64,000 nt of DNA, taken from Fistulifera solaris (taxonomy: Eukaryota). Below, piece after piece: positions 46,884-58,384 of this stretch (within the stretch, counting starts at the first letter, position 1; each line of letters opens with the position of its first letter). The translations under genes and the position numbers were made by a program. The notes beneath the pieces are model-generated. The model searched no databases, had not been told where the DNA came from, and saw nothing but the letters and a program-made list of their open reading frames with translations. The stretch spans positions 682,001-746,000 of the forward strand of contig AP026172.1 of the NCBI GenBank assembly GCA_030295235.1, read 5' to 3'.

Positions 46884-48692
46884 TTAGCTCTCAGAACTGC
46901 CGTGGCCTAGACGCATCCAGATGCGATCAAAGAATTCACGCTGGCCTCCCTGGTCAGCATCAAATTCATTAGCAAACTGGTGTTTTGTTCGCTCGAGTTG
47001 GTCCTTCACTGCCTGGGGACAAACAGAGCATCTTCGAAGGTGATCGTAAATGTCATTGACCTTCGAGGGGAGTGTACGACGACGAGCTGGAAATAAGCGA
47101 CACAGACCCAACCTCTTGTGTTCGCAACAGTAACGGCAACCAAAACCTGGAAGCCCCAATCGTAAACTTCGTCGGTTTCCGATACGTTCTGCTTCTGTAA
47201 GGCGGATAAATTGGACTTGCGACATCAAAATGTACAAAAATTCTGACGTGAGGTTGCGATCGTTTGGTGAAATCAAAGAGATATTTCGGTAGGCGTCATC
47301 TGTCCAAGGCTGTCCGGCAGGCAAACCAAAGGAAGGTGCACTGGCTCCAGCTGCTACGGATCGCTCTGTGATAACGATTCCTTTCGGCGAGTCTGTCATG
47401 CCAGCTTTCATTGCTGAGTAAATCCAGTATCGTTTGGAGTCGGTTGCCCCTTGAGCTGGTTTGTCTTTGAGTGTAGCAAAACGTTCTTGAGTAGCCGCAG
47501 GGATCACATCGCAATGGCCAAAGTGATCACGCAACATCATTGTAAAGCTCTGATATATTTGGCGGAGTGATGATGGGAAAGCCGACGATCTTCCAGCTCG
47601 AGATGTGGGCGCCATGTGCGCACAGAAACGACATCGCAAACCGACCTGCTGGTAAGCAATTGAATTGTTGCGCAACTTTACATCTTCATGGCTGGCTCGA
47701 AACACTTCTACAAGTTCGTTTCGAACAAAGCAATGAAAATCAGAGAGCCAATTCGGATCTTCGTCTATACCCAATGGAAACATTGGACGCTTGAAGTAAG
47801 GCTCGCTGCAAGTCTCCTCGCATAGAGGAAGATAAAGAACACGTCCCTTAGGCACCGGGCTACCCACGGCTTCAGCGTCTTTCGAAGGTGAAGCAAGGCC
47901 TTTAAGAGATTGATACGGTCCTATCTTTTGCATCATATCCATGTTAGTATTTCCCGAGAGAAAAGGTTGATTGGGTGCCGCTACGTTGTTGAGCTTACGA
48001 GCTTCTAGCTCTGCCATATGCATATTTCGAACAGCATGTGCCGCCTGGTGACGCAAATTATCTTGATTGACACCTAGAAGTTCATTGGTGGCAAAATTCG
48101 AGATTTGCAGCTGCTGCTGAGTTTGCCAGAGGGAGGTAAGATTGGGACTGGCAAGCTGCGCTAAAAGATTTCTATTTCTTGCGACTTGCTCTTGCATCAA
48201 ACGCTCCGCGTGAAGCCGAATCGCATCATCAACTCCTGAATGAGGCATCATATTGGCGTGTTGCCTGTTAGCAAGAGTATTCAGGAGACCTCGAATGTCA
48301 ACCATGTTTCCATGCTCGGATGAGGCGACATCCACACGTCGGCGTTTCTGATGATTCACCAGATCATCTTGCAGCTCCATCGGTCGCTTCGATAAAGCCA
48401 ATGAGAGTTGACTCTGCTGACTGCCAGGGTAATTATAGCCTCTTTGATTTGTAAGCTGAGATGCAAGCATTTGCATGATTGCGTCGGGTTGAGTCAAATT
48501 ATTAACAGAGTGTTCGGTGTCACCTTTAGCAGCTTCAGCGAAGCCACGGGCTTGACTTCGGGGACTGTCTTCGGCAGTATCGTGGGGCGCAAACGGTGGC
48601 ATGCTCATCAGGTGCCTTTCTTGGACGAGCATTACGCTTTTATGACAACAAAGCACACAAGGTTGGTTGACTGTGAGCACGTCTGCTGCCAT
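46884..48692 (-). CDS. Diatom-type putative transcriptional regulator with two Cys/His (CxxC...HxxxC) domains
   Basis: Q/N-rich low-complexity N-half with a basic KRRR; EDPNWLSDFHCFVR..VGLRCRFC..HFGHC and GFGCRYC..HLRRC repeat the same domain. Confidence 0.7.
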   Translation of the reverse strand: MAADVLTVNQPCVLCCHKSVMLVQERHLMSMPPFAPHDTAEDSPRSQARGFAEAAKGDTEHSVNNLTQPDAIMQMLASQLTNQRGYNYPGSQQSQLSLALSKRPMELQDDLVNHQKRRRVDVASSEHGNMVDIRGLLNTLANRQHANMMPHSGVDDAIRLHAERLMQEQVARNRNLLAQLASPNLTSLWQTQQQLQISNFATNELLGVNQDNLRHQAAHAVRNMHMAELEARKLNNVAAPNQPFLSGNTNMDMMQKIGPYQSLKGLASPSKDAEAVGSPVPKGRVLYLPLCEETCSEPYFKRPMFPLGIDEDPNWLSDFHCFVRNELVEVFRASHEDVKLRNNSIAYQQVGLRCRFCAHMAPTSRAGRSSAFPSSLRQIYQSFTMMLRDHFGHCDVIPAATQERFATLKDKPAQGATDSKRYWIYSAMKAGMTDSPKGIVITERSVAAGASAPSFGLPAGQPWTDDAYRNISLISPNDRNLTSEFLYILMSQVQFIRLTEAERIGNRRSLRLGLPGFGCRYCCEHKRLGLCRLFPARRRTLPSKVNDIYDHLRRCSVCPQAVKDQLERTKHQFANEFDADQGGQREFFDRIWMRLGHGSSES

Positions 48693-50155
48693 CGAAAGTT
48701 CCCGTTAATCTACGGAACACGGCCCCTTGTCACGGAAAAGATTTTTCGAGATTCGACGAGGGCTGTTGACTCTTTCTTTGTTGTATCGGATAATGTGTAG
48801 GTTTTCGTGTCTTTCACTGTGCTGCTTTCGCAATCCGCAATGCTGCACAGCCAAGTTTATTTCTGCGCTTTTTACCGCTAGTGTACATTTCAATTCAATG
48901 AGTGATATCATGGTTTCAAACGAATAGTGTTAAATATTTAATCGCGCCCTGTGATAGCGAACAACGGCGGTTAACGTAGTTGTTTAACGTTCAACGCGTC
49001 TTCTTGCTATCAGTTGATATGTGCGTAGCGTTCAGTTTTTCCGGATCCGAATTCCACCTAGTTTAGAGCAATCTGTACAACTGCAAAGTTCTTGTAAAAA
49101 TGAAGAACAAAGTAAATCATTTTTCATCCTCACTGCATTTACAACCGCAGTTTCAGGTTCCTTAGATGACGCTAGCTACTTTTACTCCTATTCTATTTCC
49201 TGTGTGCAGTCTTTGCCTACGGTACACTTTACTATGAGGCAACAGACCTTAATTATTTCTGCCATCTTCTTCTTCTTTTGCTTCGGCAAAAGCGACATCC
49301 TCTCTCTAGAAAACCGTGGACCGTGGGCCGCACACAAAACTCCGTAAATCTTTTCAGTGTTTTTGGTGGCATTTGGACTCGAATAAGAAGGTGAGAACTT
49401 TAACAACAACGTATCCTATAGAGCCGTTTTTCCACCCGCTCACAGCAAACAGAAAATCGCACATCCTACTCTCTTGGAGGGAATGCCCAAGGCGTAAAGT
49501 TGAGGTTAGTCGTGCTGTACGTGGTATGTCGCTAGCAAGACCGTCACGTTCCTCGTTCCTCCTTTTGCGAAGTAAATTGATAAACGAAAATATCAAACAA
49601 ATAGATAATATGACCTACGTAAATCTCTTTGTAAATAGATGTTGGGTGTTGCTTGAGGTTTGTTTGAATACAAGTTGTACTAGTTGTATGTGTTTAGGTT
49701 TTTGGTAGACGACTAGTTACGAGTCTCTAGGTCTAGGTAGAGCGAAGCTTGTGGTTTTTAGGCCTCTCCCTCTCAAGATTCCCTCGCCCATTCATTTAGG
49801 GGATTAGCTGTCCCGATCACTCTTTTAGACTTCGTAGCGACCAAGACTCGAAACATAGAAGTTAATTCGCTCCAATCGTATGCTCGAAGTAAAGATTAGT
49901 CTTCAAATGCTCAGAAGCTAGATTGATGGCTGCCACTCGAATCAGCCAGACGCTGATGCACGTCCCAACCAATGACGCTTTGTAAATTGTGACTACGTAC
50001 CACAGCGAGAGGCAAACAGGCCGCTCTTCTTCTTCAGATGGGAACCTATAGAACTTGTTTCCTTGCTGGAAACCACATGGCCATGTTTTTCGCCACGGAC
50101 ACTGCATATGATTCTGCCGCAATCTGATATCGCTTGCAGACTCTAGTTAGTAAAA

Positions 50156-51100
50156 TCATTCTTCCAACAAATACAGCTTGGCATAAAGTAAATATTCCCA
50201 CAAGTAACTTCGAATCAGACTGCCTACAAGCGGAATAGTGTTGACAGTTGAACTCAATCGCTCCATCAGCGGTTCCATGATGGATCCCCAACACGGTTCT
50301 CGAAGCAGATATAGGAGAATGCGGAACTTTCGGCGCTTCAATTCATTCTGTGACAAGATGTTACTTTTCGTAGTTACCTTTTGAAGCAATCCAATCGACG
50401 TAAGATCTAACAGCACTGTCGCACAAAAAACGTCCCATTTATATCCAAGCTCTCTATGACCAACTTCGGCTGAAAGTAGCGGGCGGACTATGTATGCTAA
50501 TTCACACAGTTGATGAATCAATTGCTTCCATCCCATTGTCTCGCTCCTGCTAGTTGACGGACTCGCCAAACCTCCTTGTATCAATTGACGTCCACAACGC
50601 TTACCCACGTAGGCTTCTCTCTGTACGCGTCTTCGTTCCTCGTCCGTAGGATAACCATTCAAGCTGTGAAAGATCCCTCCCTGCAACAAGATTCCCGTGC
50701 ATTGCGAACGCCGCAGTCGAGTCCAATAACTTCCCAACAGCGTCAATCGCAACACAAAACGGAGGCGTTCAATCCACACACGTGCGCTTGATGAATTCTT
50801 TGCCAGCGCATGGACGACGGGCCACAGATGTTGCAAGATGGAAAGCACGCAACGAATTTCATTTGCGGGGATGGAAGGCTGTACAGCAACAGATGTGCCG
50901 TAACTGGGCAGATGTTCCCTGGTCAGAACGTCGAATAACAGTCGGTGCAATTGCAGCAATCCCCAGGCAATTTCCCGGAACCTCGATTCCTGGCTCGTTG
51001 GTACCCAATAAATAAGACGTCCCAACAATTCGTCCGCCAGTAAAACGATGGTTCGATGTTTCAGTGCCCATGTTGGGTAACCGCCGGTTTCACTATTCAT
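50156..51100 (-). CDS. PEX16: Peroxisomal membrane biogenesis protein PEX16
   Basis: IERLRFVLRL, YVGKRCGR, ELAYIVRPL, ELKRRKFRILLYLLREPCW, IPLVGSLI. Confidence 0.8.
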   Translation of the reverse strand: MNSETGGYPTWALKHRTIVLLADELLGRLIYWVPTSQESRFREIAWGLLQLHRLLFDVLTREHLPSYGTSVAVQPSIPANEIRCVLSILQHLWPVVHALAKNSSSARVWIERLRFVLRLTLLGSYWTRLRRSQCTGILLQGGIFHSLNGYPTDEERRRVQREAYVGKRCGRQLIQGGLASPSTSRSETMGWKQLIHQLCELAYIVRPLLSAEVGHRELGYKWDVFCATVLLDLTSIGLLQKVTTKSNILSQNELKRRKFRILLYLLREPCWGSIMEPLMERLSSTVNTIPLVGSLIRSYLWEYLLYAKLYLLEE

Positions 51101-51427
51101 TTTATTTCAGCAACGACGTCTCTCTTTTGACATGTCGCAGTCAACAACGGGACGCGATTCGACCAAGAGTGACTTGCCGATATTGCTGGCGAAGTCTTCA
51201 CAAGGATGGGAGAGCGAATAAATAGACTAATAATATCAATAACAATCCTTTTCATGTTTGCATCGCGGTGCTGCGATTTTTGTAAACCGCCGCAACAGGT
51301 AAAGGGATACCGCTAAGACATTTAGATGTTCGACTTAAGGCGACTACCAAGGTAACTTACCAAATTAGAATAGTTTAAAGGTAACATTGACTCATCCAGT
51401 CGCCATTTAGAAGTTGCTGAAATTATT

Positions 51428-52843
51428 TTAAACCTCAACTGCGATTTCGTTGGCATATATTTGCTCCAGAGATTGTCGCTTGCGAATCAAGAACGTTTCT
51501 CCGTTCTTTCCCACCAAAACTTCGGGTGCTTCCGGAAAGGAGTTGTAGTTCTTGGTCGACATACCGCTGCAATACGCTCCGGATCCATCCATGACGCAAA
51601 TGTCGCCAATCGTAGCCTTGCGCAATGCTCGTTCGGCCAAATCTTCGGGCTCACCCGGCTTGGGGGTCATTAAATCTCCCGACTCACAGCAATGGCCCAC
51701 GACCACCACCGATTCGGTCTCATCGCCGACATCACCGGTATTACCGGACGCAGGGAACAACGTAATGGGGTGCACAGCACCGTACAAGGACGGTCGTAAC
51801 ACATCCGTCATGCCTGCATCGAGTTTCAAGAATGTGTGACCATCATCGCCCGTGGTGATAACCTTGTCTTGAATGGTGCTCACCAAGGCTCCCGCCATGG
51901 CCACCAAGAACGTACCCGGTTCAATTTCCAGTTTAAGTTCACGACCTTCTTCTTGTGCGAATTGACGGAACGCTTCGACCACCGGCTTGCCAATGAGCTG
52001 TAAATCCGTCGTCGTTTCACCTTCGACGCGGCCGACTTTGTAGCCACCTCCCAAGTTCAAGGCCGTCACGTCCGGAAATAGCTTGCAAAACGAAAGTGAT
52101 TTGGTGGCCACCTGTTGCCAGATTTCAGGATCACTGCCGGAACCAATGTGCGTATGAATGCGTTCCACCGACAATCCGTATTTTTCGACAATCGCCGGGA
52201 CGGTCCCGTCCGTCACCAATTCATGCCAGATACCGAACGAACTACTGGGTCCACCGACGTTGGTTTTACTGAACGATGTAGTACTCTTACTGAATCCGCC
52301 ACTTCCCACACCCGGATTGACACGGACACCAACTTTGGCACCAGACCCTGCATAGTGTTTTCCAAATCGTTCCAACTGCGAGACGGAACACGCGTTGAGT
52401 TTGACCCCCAGATCAACCAAGTCGGCAAAATCGGCCGGAAGTTCTTGCGTACTGAGCGAAATGTGTTCGGCCGGAATCCCCGCCGCCATGGCGCGGCGGA
52501 CTTCGTATCCGGAACTGGCATCAATGTGAATTCCTTTGCTGGAGAAATATTTGAGAATGGACGAGTTGGGACAGGCTTTCATGGCATAGCGCACCGTCAA
52601 TCCATAGGCGTTGGGGAATGCCAAGCAGGCGTTGGCGGATTCTTCCAACTTTTCGAGACTGTAAGCGTATAAAGGCGTTCCTCCGGCGCATTCGATGCAA
52701 GCTTTGGCGGTTTCGGGCGTCAAGAAGACACTCTTGGTCGGATTCGCCATACAAAGGTCCGAGGATCGAGTGTTTCCGGTCATGGAAGGTGCAAACGCAC
52801 TTGTTGTGCTGCAAAAGGCGAGGAATGCGAATAATCTTGACAT
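51428..52843 (-). CDS. lysA: Diaminopimelate decarboxylase, plastid-targeted
   Basis: TTSAFAP presequence; GTPLYAY, YAMKA (PLP lysine), HIGSG, LNLGGG, EPG, HCCESGD, GAYCSGM..NYNS. Confidence 0.95.
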   Translation of the reverse strand: MSRLFAFLAFCSTTSAFAPSMTGNTRSSDLCMANPTKSVFLTPETAKACIECAGGTPLYAYSLEKLEESANACLAFPNAYGLTVRYAMKACPNSSILKYFSSKGIHIDASSGYEVRRAMAAGIPAEHISLSTQELPADFADLVDLGVKLNACSVSQLERFGKHYAGSGAKVGVRVNPGVGSGGFSKSTTSFSKTNVGGPSSSFGIWHELVTDGTVPAIVEKYGLSVERIHTHIGSGSDPEIWQQVATKSLSFCKLFPDVTALNLGGGYKVGRVEGETTTDLQLIGKPVVEAFRQFAQEEGRELKLEIEPGTFLVAMAGALVSTIQDKVITTGDDGHTFLKLDAGMTDVLRPSLYGAVHPITLFPASGNTGDVGDETESVVVVGHCCESGDLMTPKPGEPEDLAERALRKATIGDICVMDGSGAYCSGMSTKNYNSFPEAPEVLVGKNGETFLIRKRQSLEQIYANEIAVEV

Positions 52844-53470
52844 GGCTTTGCAATTCGAATATTATGGTATCTATCTAATGTCTCGCTCTGTAACGCACTT
52901 GCAATGGACTTTCACGTCTGGGTTTTGTGATGATCGAGATATGATGGATGATGACGATGTGCGAGGAAGAAAGCCGATGCAAAAAGCCGATGGACCAGAA
53001 AGTGACGGTTGTCGGCCAGTCCTTCGGCAAAGAAATCGCAATGCTGGTGCGACGCATGTAAGAGAGTACAATGAGGTTGGTGCGACACCGATATGGTATT
53101 GGCTCACGACTGGCTCACGACTGACGGGCTGGATGAAGTTGAAGTCGATTTTCTCGAGTGTGACGCCGATGGTCTCTCTAGAGTTTCTGTGGTGATTGGT
53201 GATTGGTTGCGTGTCTTGCGCATTTCAAAAGCAAGACGCCAGTGTTCTGCCCTTTCGTTCTGCTCACCTTCCCCACTCTCTGTCTTTCTCGAAAGCCAAA
53301 ATTGATCGAACAGCGTTCAGAAAGAGACCGTAGCCAAAAGTGACAACTGCAAGGGCATTTCAAACGCCTTCTATCCTAGCAAGCTCTCACCTTATAGAAA
53401 TACCAAGAACGACGGGTTGGCATCTGATTACTTCAGTAATTCATCAATTCACATCCTACTGTTTCAAAGA

Positions 53471-54868
53471 ATGATCCGAATACTGCGAAATCCGTTACAG
53501 ACATTCACTCTGTTCTATCTCTTGACGCTGTACGTCGACTCGTTCACTCCACAACAATATCGTCGATCGCATTTGTCGAAACGAGCATCACATCGCCATT
53601 TCCCCCAACGGGTCGTCGAAATTTATACCGACTACGCCGGTCGTTTGTGGAATGAAACCGCCCCGGCCGTCCGACAACAAATTACCAACGATAAAATTAG
53701 TGCCGCCATTCGTCAATTGCGACAAGTGACTAAAACCAGTAATGTCTTGCCGAGCGAGACGTTACTCCAATTGGACAATGCCTGTCAATCCATGTTGAGT
53801 GCGATTGTGGCCAGTACGGAGAATCAAACGGTGGTGGAAACCTTTCGAACCGAGTCGGATGCCGTGAATATTACTGTTTCATCGTCCGACAGTGTGACAC
53901 CCGCCAAGAAACCCCGACGGTCCATCATGCGAGGAGTCATCATGGGAGCCATTGTCGCCGCCTGGGTCTTTTCGGGAAATTACATATTCACGGGTCTCTT
54001 TACACTCATGACGACAGTCGGTCAATTGGAGTATTATCGCATGATCATGAACACGGGTGTGTATCCGGCTCGTCGTATTTCTGTCGTCGGGGCTTGCTCC
54101 ATGTTCGTGACCGCTTTGTTCTTTCCAGATCTGCACCAAATTTGTCTGCCACTGTTTGGCCTTTACGCGATGGTTTGGTTTCTGACTATGCGACGATCGG
54201 TCGCGACCATTCCCGAAATCGCCACGACGTTTACGGGCATGTTTTACTTGGGTTACGTTCCCTCGTTTTGGGTACGGATACGACTCCTCGGTGGCAGTCG
54301 CGAACCCACACGTCTGGCACCCCTACTTTCACCGTTGGTGAATTTCATTCAAGGCAAAGCCACGCAGCTACCCACTTGGATACCCCAAGCGGTGCACTTG
54401 CCGATTACGACGGGTGCTATTTTCATCTTTTGGTCCTGGCTCTGTTTGGCGTTCAGTGACGTCGGTGCTTACTTTGTCGGCAAAAACTTTGGCAAGACCA
54501 AACTCAGTACCATTTCACCCGCCGCGGGGGCCGCTAGTCCCAACAAGTCGTTGGAAGGTGTCATTGGCGGGTGCGTCGTGAGTGGTAGCTTGGGGGTACT
54601 TGGGGCCTGGGTGATGCGATGGCCCTTTTTCTTCTGGACAGGAGCTATTCATGGTGTCATGTTAGCACTACTGGGGTTACTGGGGGACCTGACGGCGTCC
54701 ATGCTCAAAAGAGATGCCGGTCTAAAGGACTTTGGTGATCTTATTCCGGAACACGGAGGGGTCCTTGACCGAGTTGATAGCTTTGTCTGGAGTGCGCCCT
54801 ATTCATGGCTTGTTTGTGCCTACATTATACCGTTCCTCAAGTCCATTTCAACAGTGAAACCTCTATAA
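53471..54868 (+). CDS. cdsA: Phosphatidate cytidylyltransferase (CDP-DAG synthase), plastid-type
   Basis: SDVGAYFVG, SPNKSLEG, GDLTASMLKRDAGLKDFGDLIPEHGGVLDRVDS; presequence ...LYVDS-F. Confidence 0.94.
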   Translation: MIRILRNPLQTFTLFYLLTLYVDSFTPQQYRRSHLSKRASHRHFPQRVVEIYTDYAGRLWNETAPAVRQQITNDKISAAIRQLRQVTKTSNVLPSETLLQLDNACQSMLSAIVASTENQTVVETFRTESDAVNITVSSSDSVTPAKKPRRSIMRGVIMGAIVAAWVFSGNYIFTGLFTLMTTVGQLEYYRMIMNTGVYPARRISVVGACSMFVTALFFPDLHQICLPLFGLYAMVWFLTMRRSVATIPEIATTFTGMFYLGYVPSFWVRIRLLGGSREPTRLAPLLSPLVNFIQGKATQLPTWIPQAVHLPITTGAIFIFWSWLCLAFSDVGAYFVGKNFGKTKLSTISPAAGAASPNKSLEGVIGGCVVSGSLGVLGAWVMRWPFFFWTGAIHGVMLALLGLLGDLTASMLKRDAGLKDFGDLIPEHGGVLDRVDSFVWSAPYSWLVCAYIIPFLKSISTVKPL

Positions 54869-55477
54869 ACACCAAAGCTTTTGACTCTAGAGTACCAAAC
54901 TTGATTCGATCATATGATGAAAATGCGAAAGTCGATGCTAGGCTAGCTCTAGTGTTTATCCTAGGTCGCAAGAGTTTTTAGACTGATTGAAGCTAGTTTA
55001 CCCTTGCTATATCCTATGGAAGCTGGCTGTCATTATAGCTTGTAGAACCTAGTTGGAATCAAGAAACTAGGTCGGCCGGCCTTATACTCCCCCGAGTACC
55101 AGTAACACCTTTCTCACTTCAACAGAAAAACTCGAGTACACAAACTTGTCACATTGAGAGCAGGCCAAAGAAGAAGACGTTTCTTCTTATAATTGGTGGT
55201 GTCACACTCCGTCATTTCAAAGTTGCGGATAACGGACGAGTTTAACGCCTAACTGCAATCGCCAACCGGTGAAGAAGACATATTCCGAATAGGAAAATGG
55301 AAACCGATCGAGCCCTCGACTTTCCGCAAGCGGTATTGGAAACAACTTCGTCGCCTTTTTGTTGCCCTTTTTCTCCCTTCTATCATTGGTTGTATCAAAC
55401 CCATTGCAATGGATATTATCGTTGACTTCTATTTGGTAGAGCATCAGTAATCAGCAATTGCTAGTTGAATCGAGATT

Positions 55478-57151
55478 ATGGTATTCTCTTACATCCTTCC
55501 GAGCTCCGAGACGGAGTCGGAAAAGCCAGAGGCCAAGTGAGTATCGCAAGAGATTCCGATGCACTATAATTTTTCCGCCGGCTCACCACAAGAACTATTT
55601 TCACAATAAATGTAGAAAGGGACTGCGCATGTCTGCCTTATTTCTAGGTGAAGTTCGAGATGGTAAGTCGAGTAATGCAATAGAATCATTGCGTATCAAC
55701 GAAGACTAAAGGACTGGTTTACCCACAGGTTTGACCATGATTAATATGCAAAGCGCGTTCTTGATCGTTTCGAAGCAGTACACGGAAAAGCAAGCGGGTA
55801 TCCTCTTCTTTGGTAAGTAATATCCGTACTAGATAAACTGCAGTGTCCTCTGCTTCTCATAAAGCATAAACTATCAACTGCGATCAGTGTTCGGAATGAG
55901 CCAATTTTTATTCCAAGCCCCCGCGGGTTATCTCTATGACTACACCGAACAGAAGGTTTTGTGGCTATCGACTGCAGCGGTATCGACTACTTTACTCACG
56001 GTCATTACCGCCATGTTTGCGGCTCCCAATGGGGGCAATCTCGCCTTCATGATCTTTATCAAATTCCTACAGGGAGCCGTGACTTCATTTATTCCTCCTG
56101 GACTCAACAGCATTACCCGCGGCATTGTCGGTGGGAATGGAATGACCGAGCAAGTTTCGATCAACGAAATGATGAATCACCTGGGAACTGCGATTATTGT
56201 ATTCATTGGATCATTAGTTGGTTACTATATGTACCCTAGTCTCGGCCTTTTGTTTCTGGTGAGCCCCATTGCTTGTTTGGGTGCGCTCCTCTCGTTGCAG
56301 TCCATTCCGAAGCAAGACATTGACCACGCTGCGGCGCGTGGATTGGAAAGTACGGCAGAACAATCCACAGACAACAATTACGTTCGGCCGGAAGATAGCA
56401 AGGCAAGTGCCGACTCGACCGGTGGAGCCGATTCGGATGTTACGAATATCATGGCAGCCCAGGCAGAAAGTCCGTGGACTGTACTCCGAGATCCTATCTT
56501 ATTGCTTTTCATTTTGGCGGTTTTTCTTTTCACATGTCAAATGGAACCGTGCTTCCCTTGGTGATGCAAACATTGGCCTTAGGAGGAGGTGGTGGAGGGA
56601 TCCTCATGAGTGGGCTTTGTATTATTGTAGCCCAGTTATTCATGGTAGTCAGCGCACGAACCTGTGGTGAATACTCTGGTAAATACGGACGCAAAAAGCT
56701 CTTCTTGATCGGCCTTTTCTCCGTTCCGGTCCGTTGCTTGATCCTCACTTTACTGGTTCGCCTACGAGATACGCAAGGACTGGAAGGGTCTACTTTCTTG
56801 AAGGTCGTCATTCTCTCCACGCAAATGCTAGACGGCGTCGGCGCTGGTGTTTTCGGGACCATGTATATTTTAGTGACCAGTGATTTGAGTCAGGGTTCGG
56901 GGCGTTTCAGTTTCATCTTGGGACTTACTACGGCCGCCATGTCCATTGGTGGAACTGTATCCGGATATTTGGGTGAAGCACTGGCACAGGATCTTGGATA
57001 CGAAAGCGCCTTTTTCATCTTAATGATTCTTTCCCTCGCTCCTGCCCTTCTGTACGCATTCTTCATGCCAGAAACGTTAAGTATGAGAGATCCTGTGTCG
57101 GAAGGCGGGGAAGAGGAGCCGAGCAAGACATCGTACAAGGAACTGCTCTAG
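55478..57151 (+). CDS. MFS transporter; 3 short 5' introns, frameshift at ~56521
   Basis: Spliced N-terminus MVFSYILP..KGLRMSALFLGEVRDG/LTMINMQSAFL; QAPAGYLYD, HMSNGTVLPL, GKYGRKKLF, QMLDGVGAG, SGRF, MPET. Confidence 0.85.
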
Positions 57152-57363
57152 ATTTGTTTGACATTCACCCTGCCCCAAGTTCAAAACAACAGTAAAATAG
57201 CCCAGAAATTTTTTGTATCGTTTCAAAACTGCCTTGTAAGCTCTATTCGATAGCTTCGGAGGGATCGAACACGGTTCCTTCGATATTTTCTCCATACAAA
57301 TGAAACAACGACGGAATGCATCGCTGGGCGGAAAACGAGGCACAGGTCGTGTGTCGCTGGTTT

Positions 57364-57933
57364 TTACCATCCTCCCACACGACCACTCCACGTGTCAACC
57401 TTCCTTTGCCATACCATCGACGCGATAACCACCGTCCGGGGAGAAAAATGACCCATCAATCGACATTGCATCCGCACTTTTCCTTTCTGGAGTACTGTGT
57501 TCGCTGCACTTTGCACACGGGTGTATGACGTCAATACCAATTCATCGTAATAGCGATCCGTGACACAGTAAGGATTGGCATGGATGTTCCACTTGCCACG
57601 AATCTCCAAAACAGTGTGATTCTGTTGAGTAAACGGTTGTAAATGAAAGGTTCGATTGGAGTACATGTGCAAACGACAGGTATGTTGTTTCGCGAAAAAT
57701 GCCGATCGATTTTGTCGTCGCTTAGCAGTAACGGGTTCTTGTTGCCGAGGGAAAAGTCGAGAATGAAACCATTCCTCAGGACAATGCAAATGAACATCCC
57801 ATGTACCGATGAGCAATTCATTGGAATCCAGCATTCGACCGATGCAAGAAGTGTTGATTATTAGTAGAAAGAGGATTGCCAACCGTGTGGGAAGCGCAGG
57901 TTTACGTGGTATTTTCATGCTGAATGAACACAA
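57364..57933 (-). CDS. Hypothetical signal-anchored beta-rich protein
   Basis: Hydrophobic LAILFLLIINTS; LIGTWDV, GKWNIHANPYCVTDRYYD. No family recognised. Confidence 0.55.
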   Translation of the reverse strand: MCSFSMKIPRKPALPTRLAILFLLIINTSCIGRMLDSNELLIGTWDVHLHCPEEWFHSRLFPRQQEPVTAKRRQNRSAFFAKQHTCRLHMYSNRTFHLQPFTQQNHTVLEIRGKWNIHANPYCVTDRYYDELVLTSYTRVQSAANTVLQKGKVRMQCRLMGHFSPRTVVIASMVWQRKVDTWSGRVGGW

Positions 57934-58384
57934 TACCGTCGAAACGATGACTTTCGATGCACTTTACTTTTCAAAGCAACAAAAGATATTACCATGATGT
58001 ATACCGTCTAGGTTACCAGGTATTGATTGATTCATTGATTGATTGGTGTCGGAGGACTCGAAATGGAAAAAAATAATGAAAACGGTATTCATTCGTGAAT
58101 GAGAAGCATTCCTGAATGGAAAGGTCAGCATCTTTTCTCGAAGCGGCACTCACAACGAACACCGGTCAGACACTGGGTCACGAGATGCGGTCATTCGATT
58201 TCAACAACAAAAAAAGACAAAACAAAATCCGAAACATTATTTTATCAATAAATAAAGGCCCGGACATTGACCATCTCTTCGCCCTTCTTTGCATTCCGAA
58301 AAAGCTAATACAAGATGATACATCGACGAGGAAGATTAGAGAAGGGCTCGCCTTCTCCGAGTCGAACATTATTTCCCGAGGAAA

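Noticed and set aside
49275..49330. U6 or other spliceosomal snRNA
   Set aside because: The UUCG hairpin resembles a U6 5' stem, but the ACAGAGA box and downstream conserved sequence are absent.
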